From Octopus sinensis (lineage: Eukaryota): DNA of 64,000 nt. Numbering within the stretch: the first letter of the stretch is position 1; each line of letters opens with the position of its first letter. Both the position numbers and the translations under genes were made by a program. The stretch is from NCBI RefSeq assembly GCF_006345805.1, contig NC_043000.1, positions 74,462,001 to 74,526,000 on the forward strand. Reading direction: 5' to 3'. Shown here piece by piece: positions 52,126-64,000 of this stretch. Below the pieces are notes generated by a model that saw nothing but the letters and a program-made list of their open reading frames with translations, had not been told where the DNA came from and searched no databases.

Positions 52126-53323
52126 TGCGATGGGTACACGAATGGCCCCCTCCTTTGCCAACCTAGTCATAGGATACCTAGAGATCAGTCTGTATCGTAA
52201 GGTTCTAGAAAGATATGGCAGCCCTTTCTCCATCTACATAGAAAACAACTGGAAGAGATATCTAGATGACTGTTTCATCCTTTGGCATAAAAATATAGAA
52301 AAACTCATAGAATTCCAGAAAATTTTAAACGGACTGGACGTAAACATCCAATTCACGATGGAATATAGCCAACAACAACTCCCCTTCCTCGATATCCTCA
52401 TTAAGAAAGCTAATAATATAATAGAAACAGACATACTATAAGCCTACAGACTCTAAGCAATATCTTCCATTCAATTCATGCCACCCCAGACACACCAGGA
52501 TGAATATCCCCTTCAATCTAGCAAAAAGGATATGCACTATAGTCTCTAACGCAAACACCAGAGACACACGACTACAAGAACTAAAAGATACCCTAATCAC
52601 CAGGAACTATCCACCTTCACTTATTGACAAATGCATTCAACGTGCCCTTCAACTTAACATCAAGGAACTGAGACATCCCAAATCAAAGAAAAACTTACAA
52701 CCAAAAGCCTTACCATACATCTCCACACACAACCCTCTCAATAACGAAGCCTTCGACACCATCCTCCACAACATACCCCTCCTAAAAAAAGACCACAGAA
52801 TGAACACAATCCTCCAAACACACACGATCATAAAAAGCAAAAGACAGCCTAGATCCATGAAAAGTCTCCTTACACAAGCCCGAATTCACTCTTCAACACA
52901 GAAGCCGACAGTAAAAAAATGTGGAAGACCCAATTGCGGGATATGCGACTATCTAATCGAGGGTTCTGAGTTCTCCTTCAAACAGGGACAACGTTTTACA
53001 GTGAAAAGCAACTTCACATGTGCTTCGGAGAACCTAATACTCACTAACCTGCTCCGGGTGTCAAGAGCAGTACATAGGCCAAAAAAAAATGTTTGCGTAA
53101 ACGAATGGCCCTGCACAGATCCCAGATAAAAATTCCCCAAAACAGAAAAATAGCTTTTAGCCAACACATAGATACTTGCGCCAACAAAAAAACACCAAAC
53201 TTCAGAATTTTCCCCCTCTACCAATTTAGGGACGATACAACCTCGAGACAACGAATAAGTAAAGAAAATCTCTTTATTACAAAATACAAGCCACTTCTTA
53301 ACGGGTCTACGACAAACAATTAA
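52124..53323 (+). pseudogene. Inverted duplicate of the PLE RT C-terminal half and GIY-YIG domain
   Basis: TAMGTRMAPSFANL...RYLDDCF...CGRPNCGICDYL...YKPLLN. Confidence 0.9.
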
Positions 53324-53449
53324 TATACCTCAACTTTAGAATAAAAAAAAAATATATATACACACACAAATACTACACTCAATAGAATCCATTACTAATC
53401 AGCCCCTTCATAGCTATATTTACATTCATATTCTCCCTTCTCTGTTTTT

Positions 53450-53692
53450 TCTTCTTCTTCTTCTTCCTATTCTTCTTCATCATCATCGTTATCATCATCA
53501 TCGGCATCATCATCATCGCCACCATCATCACCACCATCTTCTTTCCTTCTCCTCTTCTTCTTCTTCTTCTTCTTCTCATCATCGTTATCATCATCATCGT
53601 CGTCATAATCATCACCACCATCACCATCATCGTCATCTTCTCCTCCTCCTTCTCCTTCTTCTTCTTCTTCTCTTCTTCTCTTCTTCTCCTTC
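53450..53692. repeat. Compound (CTT)n/(CAT)n trinucleotide tract in the PLE 3' UTR (mirror copy at ~48730-48970)
   Basis: Visible trinucleotide runs in both arms. Confidence 0.9.
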
Positions 53693-54040
53693 TCCACCCC
53701 CTACCCCTTAAGTTTGTCACTAATGTTTTTTAGTATAACACCTACGCTAATTCTATAAAGAAGCCTGTCAATATAAATATTCTCCTGAATTGAACTGAGA
53801 CTGCAGCCGCCACTGACCATTCAAAATACGACCATCAGGGCACTCCAGATTCTCCACCCCCCTTTCCTCACCAGCCTTCTCTCTACTACCCTACCAAGAG
53901 CTCACAACTACCTCGAACACACAATGCAAACAAGGGAGTCAGAGAAAGGCAAAATGCCACTAAATCTGAACACTACTATAGAAATATTCTTTTAAAAAAC
54001 TTTTCTTCTAATTTTTCTAAATTTAATTATTTAATCGTTA

Positions 54041-54078
54041 CAGTTGAAAAGGTCTCAAAATGACCGAAACCGGTACTG
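54041..54078 (+). ncRNA. Minimal type I hammerhead ribozyme, U3-A8 core variant (right PLE end)
   Basis: CAG-TTGAAAA-GGTC(TCAAAAT)GACC-GAAA-C(CG)G-TA/CTG. Palindromic stem III ACCGGT. Confidence 0.8.
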
Positions 54079-54166
54079 AAATGTTCACTATAAAATTATT
54101 TTAGCATTTTCTATTTTTTACTTGTTTTTTCATATATATCAACTCGTGTGTTCCTTTCACACCCTT

Positions 54167-54254
<88 letters not shown>

Positions 54255-54545
54255 ATATATAGCTGTATATGTATACATGTATACGTATAGATGTATATAT
54301 ACAGATGTATTTCTATAGATATACATGTATGTGTATACATGTATGTCTAGATGTATATATATATAGATGTACATGTAATATACACATATATATACACATA
54401 TATATATGTGTATATATACACATATATATATGCATACATATATACACATATATATATGCATACATATATATACACATATATATATGCATACATATATACA
54501 CCCATACACACATACACACACACACACATACACACATACATACAT

Positions 54546-54870
54546 AGGTGCAGGTGTGGCTGTGTGGTAACAAACTTGGTTCCAAAACACATGGTCCTCA
54601 GTTCAGTCTCACTGTGTGGTAACTTGGCATGTGTCTTCTGCTATAGCCAGAGACCAACCAAAGCCTTGTCAGTGGATTTTGTAGACAGAAACTTAAAGAA
54701 ATCAATTGTATGTATATGCATGTATATGTGTAAGTCTATGTGTGTGTCTTTGTGTTTCTCCCTCATCACTGCTTCACAACTGGGGTTCGTTTATTTACAT
54801 ACCCATAACTTACTGGATTCACATAAAGAAACTGATAGAATAAGTACCAAGCTTATCAAAATATAAAAAA
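54546..54870 (+). mobile_element. Degenerate tRNA-SINE within a ~700-bp local duplication
   Basis: GGTGCAGGTGTGGCTGTGTGGTAAC head. Shares private changes and 3' flank with 56990-57310. Confidence 0.8.
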
Positions 54871-54977
54871 GCACTACGCAGTGTCTCATATTTTTGTTTG
54901 CCCACTCAGTTGTATCTATCAATTTATCTTGGTGTGTGTGTGTGTATACATATACATATACATATATATATATAAAT

Positions 54978-55060
<83 letters not shown>

Positions 55061-55068
<8 letters not shown>

Positions 55069-56503
55069 AAACTGAGAATTTGTGTCAGTCTGTCTGTGTG
55101 AATCTCTAAAACTTGAGAACTACACAACCAATTTCATTCAAATTTGACACGTGCCTTACTTAGGGTCCATGGAGTGTCATGGGCAAAAAAATGGTTAACT
55201 TCTTGCCTAGGGTGAGCCCACAGCAACATCATATCTTCTCCACTATTTCAGTCTTACGTGTTAAAAGTGAAACAAAAACATTTCTCTATTTTATGTCAGA
55301 TACTTTCACTTTAACAATAAAAATTAGAGATAATAATAACAATTGAATTATATGTAATACGTAATAATTAAAATCAAACTAAAGTATAATATAATCGTAA
55401 CATAACAAAAGTAAAAATAACAATTGGTATAAAATTGCATCAATGACTTGAACTTGAATGAGTGGTTTCACATGAATGGGAATAAATTAAAAATAAAATT
55501 AGTGTGCAAAAATAGAATAGTCCAGATGGACTATTATACATAAGGGACTGCATGCTGCTTTTTGATTCACCGTAATGTTTGTTGTTATTATTGTTTCTAT
55601 TTAACTATTGTTATCACGTTTGTTGGTTCCTTGAAAGAGAAACTTTGTTGTGTTACATTTGTTAAATAATTGTAAACTGTAACCCTCCACCTTTGGGAGA
55701 AGGAGCTTTGGTTATTGTTTAAAAATTGAATTGTGTCCTTCTTTGGAGAAATTGACAATATTTTCACCGTTTACACAGAAGCATTTTTGTTAGAATGCCT
55801 TCGATAGAAAACAGTCCAAAAATGAATTTCACTGCAGCCGTGGCAGGCGTGAGCTCATTAAAATTAAAATGGAAGAAATACAAACCTATTTCGGATTGAT
55901 CACAGACGAAGACGGTGAATCTAGTGATAACACCACCAAAAGAAAAATAAGAAATTAAATTAAAGAAAAGACTATTGTCTATAAAGTATACAATGTAGAG
56001 AAAAAAAAAAGATTTGAACACCTGGAGGAAAGCACCATCGAAAAGTGTCTTGGTGCGACTATGAAAGATATCTAACCAGAGGCGGTAAATTTGCCACACT
56101 AGAAGCAAGGTTCGAGTCAACAGAGCATGCAAGGGAGTACTCGCCTCGAACTTGTAAAGTGGAAATATTTTATTTTCACCTTTATATCTGGGACGTAGGA
56201 CGTCCATGATAGAAATTAAAAATGTCCCCCCAGAAGTAGCGGTAGGCTAGATTGTAGCCACACTTCTATACAAGAGGGAGGACAAGATACAATTGATCAA
56301 AATTGCAAGAGACAGGCCTACAATTCCAGTCTGTTATATATTTTGAGTATTGTTATCACTAGCGATATCAAGATATAACTTTGTATTTTGTATTTTATGT
56401 GTAGATGTATGTATATAGATGTACATGTAACATGTACACATATATATACACATATATACATGCACTAGCACTATGACCCGGCAACGACAGGTCATAATGC
56501 TAG
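55061..56503 (+). mobile_element. Non-autonomous Helitron
   Basis: 5' TTATATAAAACTGAG within (TA)n. 3' hairpin TATGACC-CGGCAACGACA-GGTCATA followed by CTAG|T at 56500-56504. Confidence 0.85.
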
Positions 56504-56514
56504 TATATATATAC

Positions 56515-56546
<32 letters not shown>

Positions 56547-56662
56547 TTAATCAATATAGGGTGGCAAAAAAATTTCGCAGAATTTTTTTGCCACCAGCGG
56601 CCTAGTGGGAAAAAAGTAAATAGTCATAGACCATTTATAAATTCAACAGCAAAATTAACAGC

Positions 56663-56702
<40 letters not shown>

Positions 56703-56827
56703 TATATATATTATATATATATTTATAAATATATATACATGTATACATATAGCTGTATATGTATACATGTATATGTATAGATGTATTTCTATAGATATAC
56801 ATGTATATCTAGATGTATATATATATA

Positions 56828-56885
<58 letters not shown>

Positions 56886-56989
56886 GTACATATAATATGT
56901 ACACATATATATACACACATATATATATATGCATACATATATACACCCATACACACATTCACACACATACCCCCCACACACACATACAT

Positions 56990-57310
56990 AGGTGCAGGTG
57001 TGGGTGTTTGGTAACAAACTTGGTTCCAAAACACATGGTCTTCAGTTCAGTCCCACTGTGTTGTAACTTGGCATGTGTCTTTTGCTATAGCCTGAGATCA
57101 ACCAAAGCCTTGTCAGTGGATTTTGTAGAGAGAAACTTAAAGAAATCAATTGTATATATATGTATGTATATATGTAAGTTTGTGTGTGTGTCTTTGTATT
57201 TATCCCTCATCACTGCTTCACAACTTGTGTTCGTTTATTTACATCCCCATAACTTACTGGTTTCACAAGAAGAAACTGATAGAATAAGTATCAGGCTTAT
57301 CAAAATATAA
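56990..57310 (+). mobile_element. Degenerate tRNA-SINE, second copy of the duplication
   Basis: Homologous to 54546-54870, including flanks. Confidence 0.8.
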
Positions 57311-57401
57311 AAAAGCACTACGCAGTGTCTCATATTTTGTTTGCCCACTCAGTTGTATCTATCAATTTATCTTTGTGTGTGTGGTGTGTTTGTGTGTGTT
57401 G

Positions 57402-57480
<79 letters not shown>

Positions 57481-57556
57481 TGTGTATATATATATATATA
57501 TGGATTAGACTGGAACTGAAACAAATCAATCGTATACGTATGTATATATGTAAGTG

Positions 57557-59830
57557 TATGTGTTTTGGTATTGGCAACATGAATGGCAATGGTCAGAGAC
57601 TACTTGAATTTTGCACATACCATAACCTGTGCATCACCAACACATCCTTTACCAAGAAGACATCCCACAAGGCATCTTGGAGACATCCAAGATCTCACTA
57701 CTGGCATCAGCTGGATCTCATCATTACACGAAGATCCTTTTTGAATTCTGTTCAACAGACCTGTAGTTACCACAGCGCAGATTGTGACTCAGATCATTCA
57801 CTAATATGAAGCAGGGTGAGGATTCTGCCTAAAAAAGTCCATTACTCGAAGAAAATGGGCCGACCACACATTAACACTGCCAGAACCTCGGACCCTACAC
57901 TGCAAAAATGTTTTGCAGTTTCTATCAAGGTTGCCCTCTGTAGCTGCCCAACCTCCTCTGGTGAAAGTAGGTGGAATTATATCAGGGAAGCTTTGTATAC
58001 CACATCAATAGATACTTTCAGCATGAGAAAGGCAAAACCCAAATTGGGTCAGTGTTGGGCTTTCAGAGCTGGAAATAGTTATCAAAGTAAAGCATGCAGC
58101 TCTGATGCAATACAAGAGTGATTCTTCTACAAAGTCACTCGAAGAACTCAGAAAAGCAAGAAATAAAACCCAACTGACTGCCAGACGCTGTGCAAATAGT
58201 TATTGGCAGTAAATCTGTCAGAGTATCCAGTCAGCTGCTGACAGTGGCGACACCCGTGGGATGTATACCGGTTTGAAGAAGGCCCTCGGTCCATCCGCAA
58301 CCAAGTCAGCCCCTCTGAAATCAACTACTGGAGATCTCATCAAGGACCAAAGCAAGCAAATGGATAGTTGGGTGGAGTACTACCAGGGTCTCTACTCACG
58401 GGAGACCACGGTAGCTGAGGCTGCAATCAAGGGTGTCAAGATCTTGCCGGTCATGTGCAAACTTGACAGTCTGCCATCTATAGCAGAGCTCACCAAGGCT
58501 ATTGACTCCCTAGCAAGTAACAAGGCTCCAGGAAAAGACGGCATCCCCTTAGAGATCATCAAAACCGGCAAAAACTTCTGTGTCAGTGCTGGGAAGAGGG
58601 TACAGTCCCTCAGGATATGCGGGATGCTAACATCATTACGCTTTGCAAAAACAAAGGTGACCGTGGTGATTGTAACAATTACTGTGGAATATCTTTTCTA
58701 AGCACTGTTGGAAAAACATTTGCTCACATTATCGTGTCAAGGCTGCAACTGCTTGCTTCTCGAATTTATCCAGAATCGCAGTGTGGCTTTAAAAGAAGCA
58801 GATCAACTATTGACATGATATTCTCCATACGCCAACTTTAGGAGAAGTCCAGACAGCAAAAAATGCCATTATATATGGCCTACATTGATCTGACAAAGGC
58901 CTTTGACTTGGTAAGTAGAAAAGGCCTCTTCATCTTGCTCCAAAAAATCGGATGTCCACCAAAGCTGCTGAGGATCATCAAATCTTTCCATGATGATATG
59001 CAAGGCACCATACAGCACAATGGTTCAACAGCAGCCGCCTTCCAAATGAAAAATGGGGTAAAGCAAGGTTGTGTCCTTGCTCCTACATTACTTGGCATCT
59101 TTTTCTTGCTGCTGCTGTCACATGCCTTTAAGACATCAGATGATGGAGTTTTTCTGCACAGTAGAAGTGATGGGAAACTGTTCAATCTCTCGCGTCTGCG
59201 TGCCAAGACCAAAATCAGAAGCGTCCTGATCAAGGAGATGCTATTTGCTGATGATGCCGCTCTGGTATCACACAGTAGAAGCCTTACAAAGGCTCGTCAA
59301 CTGTTTTGAGCAAACATACATATTGGAGACCACAGGCTAGAGGAGGTGGAGAAGTTTACCTATCTTGGCTCTACCATCACCTACAACCTATCCCTTGATG
59401 CTGAGTTCAATATATGCATTGGCAAGGCATCTGCTGCAATGGCCCAACTCTCCAAACGGGTATGGGACAACAATAAGCTGACCAAGACCACAAAAATGAA
59501 GATTTACCAGGCATATATACTTAGTACTCTACTGTATGGAAGTGAGACTTGGACGCCATACACACGCCAAGATCGTTGCCTAAATATCTTACACATGCAC
59601 TGCCTCCAGAAAATCCTTGGCATCAAATGGCAGAATCATGTCCCCAAAAAAGATGTCCTCAAGCAAGCAGGAATACCAAGCATGTTTGCATTCTTCACAC
59701 AAAGACGTATGGGATGGCTTGGACATGTTAGCCATATGGAAGATGGAAGAATCCCCAAGGACATATTCAACAGAGAGCTAGCAAGAGGCACTAGGTCTAT
59801 GGGAAGACGGTTCTTACGATACAAGGATGT
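57557..59830 (+). mobile_element. RTE (BovB-like) LINE, 5' truncated pseudogene
   Basis: NGQRLLEFC..WRHPRSH.WHQLD..DCDSDHSL (APE C-terminus); YIDLTKAFD; GVKQGCVLAPTL; LFADDAAL; LLYGSETW. Confidence 0.93.
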
Positions 59831-60595
59831 TTCGTTTCCTTTCTTCTTCTTCTCCCAGTACAGTTTTTATATATAATTATGACGTGAAACCCTATACCTC
59901 TTTGCTTAACCTTCCCTTCTCTCCCTTTCTCTCTCTCTCACTCCTCCTCATCTCTCTCACAGCCGTTTGTCTTCCTCTATCTCTCTCTCTCTCTCACTCC
60001 TCCTCATCTCTCTCACAGCCAGCCAAATACTTCCTTTTGCATGCGACCTTCTAACTGTAAACACACGGTTTTCTTGCGCTCCTTGAATCTCTCCTCGTCT
60101 AGACAAAAAAGGCCCTCTTTGGTTGTTTTCTTGTGTGTTTTTATTTCTTGTATTGTATTTTTTTGTAATTGTATTTTTATTTTGTATTTTATTTTGTAAT
60201 TTTATTTGTATCATTTTTATGTCCTGTTTGTGTCACATTTTGTTCTTTCCTTGTTTTTACCCCTCTGCGAAGTAATTTCCTTTAATTTCTTTGCAGGAAG
60301 GGCTAGTTCGACGAGTCTTGTTCTGTCCTCACCTTCGAAACACGCTGGAGTTGAACTAGGGACAGCTGATGAAGGGGATTTTTCCTTGTGTAGTTTGTCT
60401 AGTACTCTGTTTTTTCTTTGTAAAAAAAAGGTTCGTTCCATGCTTGTTTTTACGTTTTCATTCTCGTTGAGTTCTGCGTCTATTTGTGGTATCCTGTACT
60501 CACGTATATATATTTATATATGCATGTATATATACATGTAAATGTAGGTACGTACATATATGTATGTATGTATGCATATATTTTATTTATTACAC

Positions 60596-60637
<42 letters not shown>

Positions 60638-60645
60638 TATATAAG

Positions 60646-61078
60646 GTGTGTTATGAGAATTTATAGAACAAATATCTTATAGAAACTCAAAAAACTGTTA
60701 AAAGATGGAGAAGATGTTATAAGTTTGAAAAGAATTTAATCCATGCATACTATCATTTCGAACAGCAATATAAACATGTAAATAACGTGGTAGAAAAATT
60801 AGGCATTAATTTAATTATAATTAAATTAGTTACATATTACTGTTCTCCTCGCTCAAAAAGAAAAAAATACATCAAAAAAATAATATTATTATTGTAACAG
60901 AAGACTTGATGTAATGAGTGTAACATAACATAACGTAACATATTCGGATATACATAATATCGTTATAAAGATAAGATCATATGCATGGATTAAATTCTTT
61001 TCAAATTTTTAACATCTTCTATTCTTCATCTTTTAACAATTTCTTGGATATTTGTTCTATAAATTCTCATAACACACA
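60646..61078. repeat. MITE-like element with ~100-bp imperfect terminal inverted repeats
   Basis: GTGTGTTATGAGAATTTATAGAACAAATATC...TTTAATCCATGCATA versus TATGCATGGATTAAA...GATATTTGTTCTATAAATTCTCATAACACAC. Confidence 0.65.
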
Positions 61079-61381
61079 ATATACTTGTAGCATTTTCATA
61101 TTCACAAAATTCTTACAACAGTAAACTACCAATAAAATATGAAGAATCTTTATTAGAAATCAACCTTTGGAACCCTCCACCCAGAGTACAGGATGAAATA
61201 GAACTCAACCTTTTATATGTATATATTTATATATTTGTATGTATATATATGTATGTATATTTATGTATATATGTGTGTATGTATATATGTGTATATGTAT
61301 ATATATATGTACATATATATTTATGTATGTATATGTATATATGTGTATATGTATATATATATATGTACATATATATTTATG

Positions 61382-61451
<70 letters not shown>

Positions 61452-61533
61452 GATCCCGGGTTGAGTCGGGGTTAACCACAGTAAATAAGGTACTCAATAC
61501 ATAGCAGAGTAAATTAATTTATTTTATAGAAGG

Positions 61534-61584
61534 AGCTTCTACAGGACTAGAACTGTTTCATTCAAAAGAAATCATCAGGAAGCT
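61534..61584 (-). ncRNA. Type I hammerhead ribozyme (mirror copy)
   Basis: Exact reverse complement of 63616-63666. Confidence 0.8.
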
Positions 61585-61761
61585 AGAATAGTTTTGGCAT
61601 TTATACATTTAGGCAGATTTAAAGTGGTGGTGGTGGGGGACTTTTTGGGGTAGGCATGGCGCAAACTGTCTTTCTTAGGGGAGTGGTCAAAAGAATCAGT
61701 GATAAAGTAGATAAAAGAATAAATAGAATAAAGAAGAAGACTATCACTTATATATATATAC

Positions 61762-61812
<51 letters not shown>

Positions 61813-62264
61813 CACACATACATACATATATATATGCACCCATATACATACATATACGTATACATACATATACGTACACACCCATACACATACTCATACA
61901 TACACACATACATATATCCATACACTCACATATATATATATATACAAATACACACACACATACATGTTAACATGCAAGCACTGAAGTAAGACCCTCCCGA
62001 GGGAGCTAGCCGGCCTAAAAAAACCATTTATTGCCCCTCTCCCTTCCTTTCTATCTTTCTTCTCACTGATACGAACACAAACACTCACACACACTCACGC
62101 GCACACTCATCCACATACACAAACGCACGTGTTCTATGTATACACATACATATACACACACAAGTACACATATTCATACATACATAAGTGTACCGACTTT
62201 CACATAAACGTACACATGACTATGTCCACACAAAACCACATATATAAATAGTCCATATATATAC

Positions 62265-62335
<71 letters not shown>

Positions 62336-62441
62336 TACACGTACGCATATACCTACATATACATACACATATATACTTACACCAGTCGTATACATACCTA
62401 CATACACATACATCCATATATATTTATACATATACATACAC

Positions 62442-62505
<64 letters not shown>

Positions 62506-62638
62506 ATACCATATGTGCATGTGTTTATATATGTGTATGTATATGTATAAATATATATGGATGTATGTGTATGTAGGTATGTATACGACTGGTGTAAGTA
62601 TATATGTGTATGTATATGTAGGTATATGCGTACGTGTA

Positions 62639-62669
<31 letters not shown>

Positions 62670-63068
62670 TTGTGTATATATATGGACTATTTATATATGT
62701 GGTTTTGTGTGGACATAGTCATGTGTACGTTTATGTGAAAGTCAGTACACTTATGTATGTATGAATATGTGTACTTGTGTGTGTATATGTATGTGTATAC
62801 ATAGAACACGTGCGTTTGTGTATGTGGATGAGTGTGCGCGTGAGTGTGTGTGCGTGTATGAGTGTTTGTGTTCGTATCAGTGGAAAGAAAGATAGAAAGG
62901 AAGGAAGAGGGGCAATAAATGGTTTTTTTAGGCCGGCTAGCTCCCTCCGGAGGGTCTGACTTCAGTGCCACGGCCTCATAGGTCTAGGTCAAAATAAAAA
63001 TAAAATAAAATAAGGGAAGAAATGGGTGTGTATATGTGTGCATGTATATACATATGTATATGTATGTA

Positions 63069-63121
<53 letters not shown>

Positions 63122-63377
63122 ATATATATGTGTGTATATATATATGTGAGCGTGTGTGTATGGGGGTGTATATTCTTTTTTATATATATATGTGTGTGTA
63201 TATATGTGTGCATGTGCTTGCATGTTGGCATGTATGTGTGTGTGTATTGTATATATATATATATATATATATGTGAGTGTATGGATATATGTATGTGTGT
63301 ATGTATGAGTATGTGTATGGGTGTGTACGTATATGTATGTATATGGCTGCATATATATATATATGTATGTATGTGTG

Positions 63378-63416
<39 letters not shown>

Positions 63417-63615
63417 ATATATATATATATGTATATATATATAAGTGATAGTCTTCTTCTTTATTCTATTTATTCTTTTATCTACTTTATCACTGATTCT
63501 TTTGACTACTCCCCTAAGAAAGACAGTTTGCGCCATGCCTACCCCAAAAAGTCCCCCACCACCACCACTTTAAATCTGCCTAAATGTATAAATGCCAAAA
63601 CTATTCTTGTCACCT

Positions 63616-63666
63616 AGCTTCCTGATGATTTCTTTTGAATGAAACAGTTCTAGTCCTGTAGAAGCT
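63616..63666 (+). ncRNA. Type I hammerhead ribozyme
   Basis: AGCTTC-CTGATGA-TTTC(TTTT)GAAT-GAAA-CAG(TTCTAGTC)CTG-TA/GAAGCT. 6-bp stem I, 4-bp stem III, short stem II with a basal U.U mismatch, GUA site. Confidence 0.8.
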
Positions 63667-63734
63667 CCTTCTATAAAATAAAAAAAAAAAAAATAAAAAA
63701 AAAAAAAAATATATATATATATATCATACATACA

Positions 63735-63848
<114 letters not shown>

Positions 63849-64000
63849 ATGTATATGTATGCATACATGCAGTAGGACTGAATCTGGAACCATGTGGTTG
63901 AACAGCATATTTCTTACCACACAGCTACATAAGCACACAAACACATATTATAAACACCAGCACTCATACATAACACACATAGTTATATAATCATCTATGG

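Larger units (their letters stand above)
48287..54132. mobile_element. Penelope-like retroelement with ~2-kb head-to-head inverted arms
   Basis: 48287-50294 and 52124-54132 are near-identical reverse complements around a unique 1.8-kb core. RT and GIY-YIG motifs are present, and there is a hammerhead near each outer end. Confidence 0.93.
61518..63682. mobile_element. Foldback element with ~450-bp arms, each carrying a hammerhead, enclosing a second inverted repeat
   Basis: 61518-61966 is the reverse complement of 63229-63682. The inner pair is ~61990-62490 and ~62510-62950. Confidence 0.8.

Noticed and set aside
53379-53720. Poly-R/E/K/M/D ORFs
   Set aside because: Translations of trinucleotide repeats in the PLE 3' UTR.
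5291-59260. Other CTGATGA matches (e.g. ~5291, ~8990, ~27160, ~59248)
   Set aside because: They fall inside LINE or gag coding sequence and lack a hairpin followed by GAAA.
60332-60377. CTTCGAAAC...CAGCTGATGAAGGGG as a type II hammerhead
   Set aside because: Core words are present, but there is no UH cleavage triplet and stem II depends on two G.U pairs. It is probably a PLE-derived 3' region but not supportable as a ribozyme.

Overview
This is AT-rich animal DNA, not prokaryotic. It is most likely an octopod cephalopod, inferred from the tRNA-derived SINE family and dense (TA)n/(CA)n microsatellites. Almost all of the window is transposon-derived: RTE and CR1-type LINE relics, several tRNA-SINEs, two mariner elements, two deleted Gypsy elements, a non-coding LTR element, a hAT MITE, Helitrons and three Penelope-like elements (PLEs). 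There is one 100-N gap. The only host-gene signal is a candidate first coding exon at 34089-34170, with possible divergent exons on the minus strand. Most listed ORFs of the [10 protein letters not shown] type are microsatellite artefacts. The most notable observation is a set of self-cleaving hammerhead-ribozyme (HHR) motifs, folded by eye. They occur in five sequence-unrelated elements between 41 and 64 kb: a young PLE with 2-kb inverted arms, three non-coding head-to-head foldbacks, and a ~360-bp tandem retrozyme-like unit. Two families carry the compensatory U3-A8 core. All foldbacks point their ribozyme 3' ends outward and lie next to (TA)n tracts. Other observations are a SINE/CR1 shared 3' stem-loop tail, an ~775-bp inversion cutting through a mariner, an RT-less Gypsy carrying a hAT insertion, and a head-to-tail Helitron dimer. 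No databases or folding programs were run; family names come from motif recognition.
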